Notes under the pieces: model-generated
Seen by the model: the letters and a program-made list of their open reading frames with translations, nothing else
Databases searched by the model: none
Told to the model about the DNA's origin: nothing
NCBI GenBank assembly: GCA_963783305.1
Contig: CAWAMW010000016.1
Location: 64,001 to 128,000, forward strand
Source of the DNA: an uncultured Gemmatimonadales bacterium
GTDB lineage: Bacteria; Gemmatimonadota; Gemmatimonadetes; Longimicrobiales; RSA9
Reading direction: 5' to 3'
DNA: 64,000 nt
Program-made: the position numbers and the translations under genes
Shown: positions 38,667-47,467 of the stretch, piece after piece
Layout of the letters: the number at the start of each line of letters is the position of its first letter
Numbering within the stretch: position 1 is the stretch's first letter

Positions 38667-40411
38667 GCGGCGTGGTGAGTGCAGGGAACGGTGGCACAGC
38701 CGGCGTCACCAGGGAGGCACCGCCCGCGCCGCCGGCGGAGGAGCCGGCCGGGGACCGCGTCCCGTCCGAAGCGCCGCCCCATCCGCCTCGGCGCCGGAGC
38801 CATCCGGCCCCTGTGGACCTGCGTGCGATAAGCCGCAACGAGCGGGACGTACTCTCGCCAGTATCGGTCGAGCACCTGGTGCCGCTGCCGCCGCCGTATG
38901 ACCGGATGGAGGACGAGCCGACGTGGAAGGAGCTGAAGCCTGAAGCTCTGGAGAGGATGGTCTGCAACCTGGATGGCGTGGTGGCTTTGAGCCTCCCCTG
39001 GCCGGAGACCGAGGCGGAGAAGCAGGCCTGCGTGGACCGCTTTGAGGCGGGGCTGAAGAAGCTGTTCACCCGCGAGAACAACTGGACGTTCCTGCAGCCG
39101 CTCACCCTCTCCATGGACTACTGCGTGGCGTGCCAGACGTGCAGTGACGCGTGTCCGGTCTACGAGATGAGCGGCGGAAACGACATCTATCGTCCGACGT
39201 ACCGGTCGGAGGTGCTCCGGCGCCTGGCGCGGAAGTACGTGCGGCCCGGGGGGAAGGTGTTGTCGCGGCTGAAGGGGGAGGACATCGAGCTGAACTGGGC
39301 GACCGTGACGCGCCTCTACGAGCTCGCGTACCGGTGTACGATGTGCCGGCGGTGCGCGCAGGCGTGCCCCATCGGCGTGGACAACGGGCTGATCACGCAC
39401 GAGCTGCGGAAGCTCTTCAGCCAGGAGCTGGGGTGGTCGCCGAAGGAGTTGCACGAGAAAGGCACGGTGCTCCAGCTGGAGGTGGGGAGCTCCACGGGGA
39501 TGAACCCGGTGGTGGTGCGGGACAACATCGAGTTCATCGACGAGGACACCACCGAGGAGACGGGGATCGAGGTGAAGACCCCGTTCGACGTCGAGGACGC
39601 GGATGTCCTGCTGATCCACAACGCCGGGGAGATCCTGGCGTGGCCGGAGAACCCGGCGGCGTTCGCCATCCTGCTGAACGCCGCGGGGATCGAATGGACG
39701 CTGTCGTCGGACGAGGTGGCGTACGACGGGGTCAACTACGGCCTTTTCTACGACGACGTGCAGCTGGCGCGCATCGCGCTGCGGCACGCGTCCACCGCCC
39801 GCAAGCTCCGGGTGAACCGGATCGTCATGGGCGAGTGTGGCCATCAGCACAAGGCGCTGATCACCATCGCGGACCGGGTCCTGACCGGGGAGATGTCGGT
39901 GCCCCGCGAGAGCTGCATGCCGCTCCTGGAGGAGATCGTCTTCAGCGGCCGGATCGAGTTCGATCCCTCCAAGAACGACTTCCCGGTGACGCTCCACGAC
40001 CCGTGCAACATCGTGCGGAACCTGGGCATCGTCGAGCCGCAGCGCCGCATCCTCCGCTACCTGTGTCCGCAGTTCCGGGAGATGACGCCCCATGGCGTGG
40101 ACAACTACTGCTGCGGCGGCGGCAGCGGGTTCGCCGTGATGTCGCCCAACAACTTCACCGACTGGCGGGTGAGCGTGGGCGGGCGGAAGAAGTTCCGGCA
40201 GGTGCTGGACGCGTTCGCGGATCGGCCGGAGCCGGAGGTGAAGAAGTACCTGTGCGCCCCATGCTCGAACTGCAAGGGCCAGATCCGCGACATGCTCGAG
40301 TACTACGGCGCGCTGGAGAAGAGCGGGATCACCTATGGCGGGCTCGTGGAGCTGATCGTGAACGCCATGGTCGACGTGAAGGAGCCGTTCATCAAATGGG
40401 AGCAGCACTAG
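38663..40411 (+). CDS. Second DsrK-like/HdrD-like Fe-S CCG-domain protein
   Basis: CVACQTCSDACP, CTMCRRCAQACPIGVD, GECGH, HDPCN, CCGGG, APCSNC. Confidence 0.9.
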   Translation: MSGVVSAGNGGTAGVTREAPPAPPAEEPAGDRVPSEAPPHPPRRRSHPAPVDLRAISRNERDVLSPVSVEHLVPLPPPYDRMEDEPTWKELKPEALERMVCNLDGVVALSLPWPETEAEKQACVDRFEAGLKKLFTRENNWTFLQPLTLSMDYCVACQTCSDACPVYEMSGGNDIYRPTYRSEVLRRLARKYVRPGGKVLSRLKGEDIELNWATVTRLYELAYRCTMCRRCAQACPIGVDNGLITHELRKLFSQELGWSPKELHEKGTVLQLEVGSSTGMNPVVVRDNIEFIDEDTTEETGIEVKTPFDVEDADVLLIHNAGEILAWPENPAAFAILLNAAGIEWTLSSDEVAYDGVNYGLFYDDVQLARIALRHASTARKLRVNRIVMGECGHQHKALITIADRVLTGEMSVPRESCMPLLEEIVFSGRIEFDPSKNDFPVTLHDPCNIVRNLGIVEPQRRILRYLCPQFREMTPHGVDNYCCGGGSGFAVMSPNNFTDWRVSVGGRKKFRQVLDAFADRPEPEVKKYLCAPCSNCKGQIRDMLEYYGALEKSGITYGGLVELIVNAMVDVKEPFIKWEQH

Positions 40412-41775
40412 ACGCGGAGCGCGTGGACCCGGGCCGCTTTTTCGAAACGGTCCTCAACTGTGTGACCGACGGCGTCTTCACGGTCGATCGGGAGTGGCGC
40501 ATCACGTCATTCAACCCGGCGGCGGAGCGCATCGCGGGCGTCCCGGCGGCGCAGGTCCTGGGGCGGCGCTGCACGGAGGTTCTCCATTCCGACCTGTGCG
40601 AGCGCGACTGTCCGATCCGCGAGAGCCTCACCTCCGGGCTCGACGTGGTGGACCGCCCGGCCCGCATCACCACCAGCCGGTCCCGCTCGATCCCCGTGAG
40701 CGTCAGCAGCGCGGTGCTCCGCGCCTCCGATGGCACGGTGCTGGGCGCGGTGGAGACGTTCCGCGACCTGTCGGCCATCGAGCAGCTCCGGCGGGAGCTC
40801 CACGGGCAGTACACGTTCGAGGACATCATCGGGAAGAGCGAGCCCTTCCAGCGCATCTTCGCCATCCTGCCCGACGTGGCGGAGAGCGAGAGCACGGTGC
40901 TCATCGAGGGGCCGAGCGGCTCTGGGAAGGAGCTGATCGCCCGCGCGATCCACAACCTGAGTCCGCGTCGGAAGCGGCCGTACGTGGTGGTGAACTGTGG
41001 CGCGCTGCCCGCCCCGCTCTTCGAGTCGGAGCTCTTCGGCTACAAGCGCGGGGCCTTCACCGACGCCCACCGCGACAAGCCCGGACGGATCACCGTGGCG
41101 GAGGGGGGCACGCTCTTTCTCGACGAGATCGGCGACCTGCCACCCGAGACGCAGGTGAAGCTGCTGCGCCTGCTCCAGGAGAGGGAGTACAACCCCCTCG
41201 GCGGCGTCGAGACGCTGCGGGCCAACGTCCGGATCGTCGCCGCCACCAACCGCAACCTCGCCTCCCTCGTGAGCCAGCGCCGATTCCGCGACGACCTCTA
41301 CTTCCGCCTCGCCGTCGTCCGCATCTCCATTCCTCCGCTCCGCGAGCGCCGCGAGGACATCCCCTACCTCGTGGACCACTTCGTGGAGCGCCTGAACGCC
41401 CGCAAAGGGAAGCGCATCCAGGGCGTGGCGGACGACGTAATGGCGCTGCTCATGCGCCACGAGCTGCCCGGCAATGGACGGCAGGTGGAGAATATCATCG
41501 AGCACGCCTTTGTCCTCTGTCGGAACGGCCTCATCGAGCGCCACCACCTCCCCGGCGAGTTCGTCGACACCGCCGGACCCGATGATCGGCCCGGAGCGCG
41601 CCCCGGGGGACCGCTCCAGGAGAGCGAGGCCCAGGCCATCCGCCACGCTCTCCGCAGCAATGGTGGGCATCGCTCCACTACCGCCGCGCACCTCGGGATC
41701 AGCCGCACCACGCTCTGGCGCAAAATGGTCCGCTACGGGATCGACGCCGCCGAGTACCACCCGAGCCAGGTGTGA
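40396..41775 (+). CDS. PAS-AAA+-HTH sigma54 enhancer-binding protein (OrpR-like)
   Basis: PAS with CTEVLHSDLCERDC; GPSGSGKE, ESELFG, GAFTDA, LFLDEIGD, LGISRTTLWRK; start position approximate. Confidence 0.92.
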   Translation: MGAALDAERVDPGRFFETVLNCVTDGVFTVDREWRITSFNPAAERIAGVPAAQVLGRRCTEVLHSDLCERDCPIRESLTSGLDVVDRPARITTSRSRSIPVSVSSAVLRASDGTVLGAVETFRDLSAIEQLRRELHGQYTFEDIIGKSEPFQRIFAILPDVAESESTVLIEGPSGSGKELIARAIHNLSPRRKRPYVVVNCGALPAPLFESELFGYKRGAFTDAHRDKPGRITVAEGGTLFLDEIGDLPPETQVKLLRLLQEREYNPLGGVETLRANVRIVAATNRNLASLVSQRRFRDDLYFRLAVVRISIPPLRERREDIPYLVDHFVERLNARKGKRIQGVADDVMALLMRHELPGNGRQVENIIEHAFVLCRNGLIERHHLPGEFVDTAGPDDRPGARPGGPLQESEAQAIRHALRSNGGHRSTTAAHLGISRTTLWRKMVRYGIDAAEYHPSQV

Positions 41776-41944
41776 TGGACCCGGAGGCACTCGCCCCCGG
41801 GACACGGGCTCGGCATGGGCCGCCGGGCGTCGAACGCTGATCCTCTCCGTGGCGTGAGCCAGCGGCCAAGGTCCCCTTCCTCCCGCTCCGACCGGCTCTC
41901 TTCTCAGCGTTCCGCTGCGGTCCCGCTCCACACCGAGTGAGCCG

Positions 41945-41993
41945 GTTCCATCCCTGCAACATCGCAACGTTGCACCGGTGAAATACTGAAACA
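41945..41993. promoter_or_regulatory. Candidate enhancer sites for the sigma54 activator
   Basis: Imperfect palindromes GTTCCA-N4-TGCAAC (41945-41960) and GTTGCA-N4-TGAAAT (41969-41984) plus a TGAAACA half-site, 90-140 nt upstream of the -24/-12. Confidence 0.55.
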
Positions 41994-42081
41994 TCGGGGT
42001 CCGACCGCGCGATCTCTATGAGCCACCTCAAATCCCTGCCGGGCAATGGTTTACGGTGGTTTTGCCCGGCGGGGCCCGTAG

Positions 42082-42097
42082 TGGTTTCCCCCTTGCA
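42082..42097 (+). promoter_or_regulatory. Sigma54 (-24/-12) promoter
   Basis: TGGTTTCCCCCTTGCA with exact GG-N10-GC spacing and TTGCA -12; IHF-like core CAATGGTTTA at 42044-42053. Confidence 0.7.
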
Positions 42098-42126
42098 CTA
42101 TGGGAGTCGGAGAAACGGAGGTGCCG

Positions 42127-42498
42127 GTGAGAATCGCGATTCCCCGCATGGGCGAGATCATCGCCCCCTGCTTCGAGCACTGCGCCACCATGGCCGTCTT
42201 TCGCGTGGGGACGGAGGGAGAGATCGAACAGGTGGACTACCCGCTGCGGAGCCGGGAGCCGTTCGATCGGGTCCGTCTCCTCCGCGACCAGGAAGTGGAC
42301 TGCGTGATTTGCGGCGCGGTGGCGGGTCTCTACGAGGACGTGCTCCGGACGACCGGCGTGGAAGTGATCTCGTGGGTCGCCGGGAACGTTGAGGATCTCC
42401 TCTCGCTGTATCTGAGAGGACGACTCGAGGCCGGGGTGGAGCTGCCCACGGGTGCGAGACCCGCCCCTCTGCAGGTGGAACGGACGTGGGAGGTGTGA
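42127..42498 (+). CDS. NifB/NifX-family (FeMo-co-binding fold) protein
   Basis: VRIAIP...IAPCFEHC...VICGAV...GVEVISWVAGNVED; GTG after GGAGG. ATG 42100 would lie upstream of the predicted TSS. Confidence 0.8.
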   Translation: MRIAIPRMGEIIAPCFEHCATMAVFRVGTEGEIEQVDYPLRSREPFDRVRLLRDQEVDCVICGAVAGLYEDVLRTTGVEVISWVAGNVEDLLSLYLRGRLEAGVELPTGARPAPLQVERTWEV

Positions 42499-42501
42499 TC
42501 A

Positions 42502-43953
42502 GTGGCGACGGCACAGCGGTACCCATACAACGTGGAGCAGAAGGGGCTGGAGGGTCAGGATCGGCCGAAGCGATTCCTGCGGGCCCTGTCGGCCATCCTC
42601 GAGCACGGCAATTACGCGGTGGCGCTGGACACCTTCGCCCGCACGAGCGCCCGCTGCGGCCGCTGCGCGGCAAGCTGTCAGCTCTACGAGGCGACCGGGG
42701 CGCCGGAGGACATCCCGTGCCACCGCTCGGAGCTGCTGCTGCGGGTTTACCGCCGCTACTTCACCACGGCGGGGCTGCTGCGGGCGCGGCTCGTGGGCGG
42801 CTTCGAGCTGACGGACGACTACATCGATGAGATGGCCACCGCGTTCTGGCGGTGCACGGCATGCCGCCGCTGCCGCTCCACCTGCCCGGTGGGGATCGAC
42901 CACGGTCTGATCACGCACCTGGCGCGCTGGGCGCTGGGCGAGCTCGACCTGGTGCCCCGGGCGCTGGTGGTATCGGTGCGCGAGCAGCTGGAGGGGAAGA
43001 CGGGGAACACGTCGGCGATCCCGCTTCCGGCGCTGAAGGACACGTGCGAGTTCCTGACCGAGGAGCTGCACGACATCTACGGCGTGGACATCGAGTACCC
43101 CTTCGACGTGAAGGACGCGGAGTACGTCTTCTTCCCGGCGGTCTCGGACTTCCTCATGGAGGCCGACACCCTCATGGGGAACGCGGCGGTCATGCACGTG
43201 ACCGGCGGGTCGTGGACCATCGGGACGGGGAACTACGACGGGATCAACTACGGCCTCTTCTACTCCGACCGCGTGATGGAGCGTGTGGTCCGGAACGTGG
43301 TCGCCGAGGCGCGGCGCCTGAATGCCCGCAAGATCCTCGTCGGAGAGTGCGGCCACGCCACGCGCTCCGCCTGGTACGTGCCCACGTACGGCGGCCCCGA
43401 CGCGCCGCGGGTGGTGAACTGCATGGAGTACACCCACGCCATGCTCGAGGCCGGCCGCATCCCGCTCAAGAACGAGCGCATCCTGGAGCGGGTCACGTAT
43501 CACGACCCGTGCAACATCGCCCGCGTGGGCCGCATCACCGAGCAGCCCCGTGAGATCCTGAAGGCCATCTGCGCCGACTACGTGGAGATGACCCCGAACC
43601 GCCAGGACAACTACTGCTGTGGCGGGGGCGGCGGCACCGTGTCCATCGACGAGATCCGGGCGTTCCGCACCGGCCCCCTCGGCCGCCGGAAGGCCGACCA
43701 GATCCGGGACACAGGGGCGCAGCTCGTCGTCTCGCCGTGTGCCAACTGCAAGAAGCAGCTGAAGGAGCTCTGCCAGGACAATGCGGGGCTGGGCGACGTG
43801 GAGGTAGTGGGGCTCCACGACCTGCTGCTGCGGGTGATCGACTTCGGCGCCGCCACGGCGCAGGGCGCCGTTCCCGAACCGGCTGAGTCGGAAGCCGCGT
43901 TGAAAGCGGCTTCGGAGCCGGCGATCAAGCCCGTTGAGGCCGTCGCCGAATAG
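42502..43953 (+). CDS. HmcF/TmcB-like Fe-S CCG-domain oxidoreductase
   Basis: CTACRRCRSTCPVGID, GECGHA, YHDPCN, CCGGGGG, SPCANC; first Cys of the N-terminal ferredoxin motif is Ser (SARCGRCAASC). Confidence 0.85.
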   Translation: MATAQRYPYNVEQKGLEGQDRPKRFLRALSAILEHGNYAVALDTFARTSARCGRCAASCQLYEATGAPEDIPCHRSELLLRVYRRYFTTAGLLRARLVGGFELTDDYIDEMATAFWRCTACRRCRSTCPVGIDHGLITHLARWALGELDLVPRALVVSVREQLEGKTGNTSAIPLPALKDTCEFLTEELHDIYGVDIEYPFDVKDAEYVFFPAVSDFLMEADTLMGNAAVMHVTGGSWTIGTGNYDGINYGLFYSDRVMERVVRNVVAEARRLNARKILVGECGHATRSAWYVPTYGGPDAPRVVNCMEYTHAMLEAGRIPLKNERILERVTYHDPCNIARVGRITEQPREILKAICADYVEMTPNRQDNYCCGGGGGTVSIDEIRAFRTGPLGRRKADQIRDTGAQLVVSPCANCKKQLKELCQDNAGLGDVEVVGLHDLLLRVIDFGAATAQGAVPEPAESEAALKAASEPAIKPVEAVAE

Positions 43954-43995
43954 TCGTCGGTAGCGGATTCCAGGACCAGACGAGGGAGGCGCGGG

Positions 43996-44697
43996 ATGGA
44001 GGCATGGCTGGAGCTCGGGAAGGGGCCCCTCTTCCGGGTGGCGCTGGTGGTCATGGCGCTGGGGCTCGTGCGCCACCTGGCGTTGACGCTCCTGGAGGCG
44101 CGACGGGCCTACGCTCGGGCAGGCGACCGGGTGATCCCGGTGCGGCGGGTCCTTCGCGAGACGCTGGCCTGGCTGCTGCCCACCCACCGCCTGCGGAACC
44201 GCTGGCCGTACAGCGCGACGACCGTCGCTTTCCACGTGGGCGTGATCCTGGTGCCGGTCTTCCTGGCCGGCCACATCGCTCTGCTGGGCGGCGCGCTCGG
44301 CTTCACCTGGCCGGCGCTCCCCGCGGACGTGGCGACGGTGCTCACGCTGCTGACGCTCACCGCCGCCCTGGCGGTGGTCGCGCAGCGCGTCTCGAGCCGC
44401 GAGTCCCGCGCCCTCGGGGGCTTCCAGGACTACGCGCTGCCGCTCCTGGTGGCCCTGGTCTTCGCCAGCGGGTTCGCGGTCGGCCACCCGGCGTGGAACC
44501 CCTTCGGCCGCGACCCGGTGCTCCTCACCCACGTCCTGGCCGGCGACCTCCTGCTGTTCCTCGTTCCGTTCACCAAGCTGACCCATATGGTCCTCCTCCC
44601 GCTGACCCGGTTCGTGGGTGAGCTGGCCTGGCACTTCCCGCCCGACGCCGGCCAGAAGGTCGGCGTCGCGCTGGGGAAGGAGGACGAGCCGATCTGA
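43996..44697 (+). CDS. HmcE/TmcC-like NarI-family membrane subunit
   Basis: GKGPLFR, FHVG, FLAGH, THVLAGD, PFTKLTH. Confidence 0.8.
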   Translation: MEAWLELGKGPLFRVALVVMALGLVRHLALTLLEARRAYARAGDRVIPVRRVLRETLAWLLPTHRLRNRWPYSATTVAFHVGVILVPVFLAGHIALLGGALGFTWPALPADVATVLTLLTLTAALAVVAQRVSSRESRALGGFQDYALPLLVALVFASGFAVGHPAWNPFGRDPVLLTHVLAGDLLLFLVPFTKLTHMVLLPLTRFVGELAWHFPPDAGQKVGVALGKEDEPI

Positions 44698-44699
44698 CC

Positions 44700-45503
44700 A
44701 TGAGCGCCGCCATTCTGATCGATACGACCCGCTGCACCGGCTGCGAGACCTGCGTCGTCGCGTGCAAGGAAGAGAAGGGGCTGGGCCCGGACCGTCTGCG
44801 AGCGGGGCAGCAGTCGGTACACGCCCTCTCCTCCACCCGCTTCACCACCGTGCTCCGCCGCCCCGGCGAGCAGTACGTGAAACAGCAGTGCCGGCACTGC
44901 CTCGAGCCCGCGTGCGTCAGCGCCTGCCTCGTCGGTGCCATGCAGAAGACCCCCGAGGGGCCGGTCATCTACGACTCAGAGCTCTGCATGGGGTGTCGCT
45001 ACTGCATGGTCGCGTGTCCGTACTCCATCCCGCGCTACGACTGGGAGGAGCCGGCGCCGTACGTCCGGAAATGCGACATGTGCTACGAGCGCATCACCGC
45101 CGGCGGGCTCCCGGCGTGCGTGGAGGCGTGCCCCGAGGGCGCGCTGGAGTTCGGCGACCGCGACGCGCTGATCGCCGCCGCCCATGGCCGCATCGCCGCG
45201 CACCCCGACCGCTACGTCCCGGAGGTGTTCGGCGAGCGGGAGTTCGGTGGCACGTCGGTCCTCTACCTGGCCGACATGTCGCTCGGGTTCCTGAGCTGGG
45301 CGAAGGAGCTGCGGAGCGATGAGCTGCCGCCGCTCACCTGGGCGTCTCTGAAGAAGGTGCCCTGGGAGGTGGTGGGGATGGGCGGTGCCATGACCGGCCT
45401 CTACTGGGTGATCAACCGCCGCATGACCCTCGCGGCGCGGGCGGCGCACGCGGCGCAGGAGGCGCACGCGGCGCGGGTGGAGGAGGAGGTGCGCGATGTC
45501 TGA
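44700..45503 (+). CDS. HybA/HmcB-like 4x[4Fe-4S] protein with C-terminal anchor
   Basis: CTGCETCVVAC, CRHCLEPACVSAC, CMGCRYCMVACP, KCDMC, GGTSVLYL. Confidence 0.9.
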   Translation: MSAAILIDTTRCTGCETCVVACKEEKGLGPDRLRAGQQSVHALSSTRFTTVLRRPGEQYVKQQCRHCLEPACVSACLVGAMQKTPEGPVIYDSELCMGCRYCMVACPYSIPRYDWEEPAPYVRKCDMCYERITAGGLPACVEACPEGALEFGDRDALIAAAHGRIAAHPDRYVPEVFGEREFGGTSVLYLADMSLGFLSWAKELRSDELPPLTWASLKKVPWEVVGMGGAMTGLYWVINRRMTLAARAAHAAQEAHAARVEEEVRDV

Positions 45504-47463
45504 TCGGCTGAGCCGACTGAAGACCGTGCTCTGGGCGCTCGTGGGTGTACTGGCCGCCGTGAGCGTGATCCGCTTCACCTATGGCCTGGGAGCCGTCACG
45601 GACCTCTCCGACTCGGCTCCGTGGGGGCTCTGGATCGGCTTCGACGTCATGTCCGGCGTCGCGCTGGCTGCAGGCGGCTTCGTACTGGCCGCCACGGTCC
45701 ACATCTTCCGCCTGGAGCGGTACCGACCGTTCGTCCGCGCCGCCATCCTGACGGCGCTGCTGGGATATGCCGCCGTGGCGGTGGGGCTCCTCTACGATCT
45801 CGGGCTGCCCTGGCGGATCTGGCACCCGCTGGTCCACTGGCAGATCCACTCCGTGCTGTTCGAAGTGGCCATGTGCGTGATGCTCTACCTTGCCGTGCTG
45901 GCGCTGGAGTTTGCCCCCGTGGTGCTCGAGCACCCACGCTTCGACCGGCCTCTCTTCCGGAGCCTCCTCCGCGGGCTTCGGCGCGTGACCATCCCGCTGG
46001 TGATTGCCGGCATCGTGCTTTCCACGCTGCACCAGTCGTCGCTCGGCTCACTCTTCCTCATCGCGCCCGACCGGCTCCACCCGCTCTGGTACTCGCACAG
46101 CATCTACCTCCAGTTCTTCATCTCGGCCGTGGCGCTGGGGCTCACCACCGTGATCCTCGAGGCACTCTTCTCCCGCTACTTCCTCGGCCACCAGGTCCAT
46201 GCCCAGGAGGTCGGCGGCCTCGGCCTCGCCGCCTCCCTCGTGCTCTGGCTCTACCTGGCCATCCGGCTCGGCGACCTGGCCGCGCGCGGGGTATTGGGCA
46301 CCGCCCTCGACGGCTCCTGGCAGGCCCGGCTCTTCCTCTTCGAGATCGCGCTCAGCGCCGCCGTACCCGCCACCCTCCTGCTGATTCCAGCCGTACGCGC
46401 GCGCCTGGCGTGGGTGGGCATTGCCGCCGGGATGGTCGTGGCCGGCCTGATCGGGCACCGCCTCGATGTCTCCATCGTCGCCTTCGCGCGGCCCGAGGGC
46501 TTCGCGTACTTCCCGACGTGGGAAGAGGTGGCGGTCAGCCTCGGGATCGTGGCCGGCGGGATGCTGGTGTTCCTCTTTTTCGTCGAGCGGCTGCGCGTCT
46601 TCGACGACGTGGCGGGCCTCGCTCCCCGGCGGGAGCCGAGTTGGGAGGCGGCCGGCGTGCGAACCCTCCGCGCGCCCGCCTCCGGGCTCCCGCGCCGCTA
46701 CAGCCTCGCGGCCCTGGGCGGAGCGGCGACCGCGCTCCTCTTCCTGCCCCTGGGCGGACCTTCGGCGCCCGCGTCGCCGGTGATGGCGCCCCGGCGGATG
46801 GAAGGGGCCGTTACCCGGGTCGGCCCCGGGCGGACGCCGGTCGTGGAGCTCGCCGACGCCGGGTCCGCCACCGCCCTGCTCCTCGTCATCGACGGGAACC
46901 GCGCGGGCGAGATCGCGCTCTTCGACCACGCGGCCCACGAGGCCCGGCTGGAGGAAGGGTCGTGTGCGACCTGCCATCACCTGGACCTGCCCCTCGACCG
47001 TGGCACCTCGTGCTCGGCATGCCACCGCGACATGTACGCGCCCACGCCGCTCTTCGACCACCGCCTTCACGAGGACGCGCTCGGCGGAACCGACGGCTGC
47101 GCCGAATGCCACGCCGCCGCAGCAGTTCACAGCTACGACACCGCGACCGCGTGCTCGGAGTGCCACGCACCCGGGCAGGGCGAGCGGATCGCTGCGCCGG
47201 AGCCGCACTGGCGCGATGCCGCGAGCTACATGGATGCCATGCACGGCCTCTGCGTGGAGTGCCACGAGGATGCCGTGGCTGCCGCGCCGGGCGACCATCC
47301 GGCCGACCTGGGCGCCTGCCGCACCTGCCACGACCCCGACGGTCAGGAGAAGCTCCGGCGGCTCCAGCCCCGGCCTGATCCCGCCGCCAGCGTGGCCGGC
47401 GCCGGAGCGCCCGCCGCCACAGCCGGCACCGCCATCAACGCCGCCGTTCGGCGCAGGGAGTGA
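45496..47463 (+). CDS. HybB/HmcC (NrfD-family) membrane protein fused to a hexaheme class-III-like cytochrome c
   Basis: PWGLWIGFDV, LAAGGF, STLHQSSLG; C-terminal CATCH, CSACH, CAECH, CSECH, CVECH, CRTCH with FDH..H motifs. Confidence 0.88.
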   Translation: MSDRLSRLKTVLWALVGVLAAVSVIRFTYGLGAVTDLSDSAPWGLWIGFDVMSGVALAAGGFVLAATVHIFRLERYRPFVRAAILTALLGYAAVAVGLLYDLGLPWRIWHPLVHWQIHSVLFEVAMCVMLYLAVLALEFAPVVLEHPRFDRPLFRSLLRGLRRVTIPLVIAGIVLSTLHQSSLGSLFLIAPDRLHPLWYSHSIYLQFFISAVALGLTTVILEALFSRYFLGHQVHAQEVGGLGLAASLVLWLYLAIRLGDLAARGVLGTALDGSWQARLFLFEIALSAAVPATLLLIPAVRARLAWVGIAAGMVVAGLIGHRLDVSIVAFARPEGFAYFPTWEEVAVSLGIVAGGMLVFLFFVERLRVFDDVAGLAPRREPSWEAAGVRTLRAPASGLPRRYSLAALGGAATALLFLPLGGPSAPASPVMAPRRMEGAVTRVGPGRTPVVELADAGSATALLLVIDGNRAGEIALFDHAAHEARLEEGSCATCHHLDLPLDRGTSCSACHRDMYAPTPLFDHRLHEDALGGTDGCAECHAAAAVHSYDTATACSECHAPGQGERIAAPEPHWRDAASYMDAMHGLCVECHEDAVAAAPGDHPADLGACRTCHDPDGQEKLRRLQPRPDPAASVAGAGAPAATAGTAINAAVRRRE

Positions 47464-47467
47464 TCTG

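Noticed and set aside
39151..41775. 874-aa sigma54 regulator with a long N-terminus
   Set aside because: The N-terminal part is an alternate frame of the dsrK-like gene; the domain content begins near 40396.
42127..42498. NifB/NifX domain as evidence of nitrogen fixation
   Set aside because: No nifHDK in the window; stand-alone members of this family are common in non-diazotrophic anaerobes.
44700..47463. HybA/HybB-like genes as a hydrogenase-2 operon
   Set aside because: No NiFe hydrogenase subunits or maturation genes in the window.
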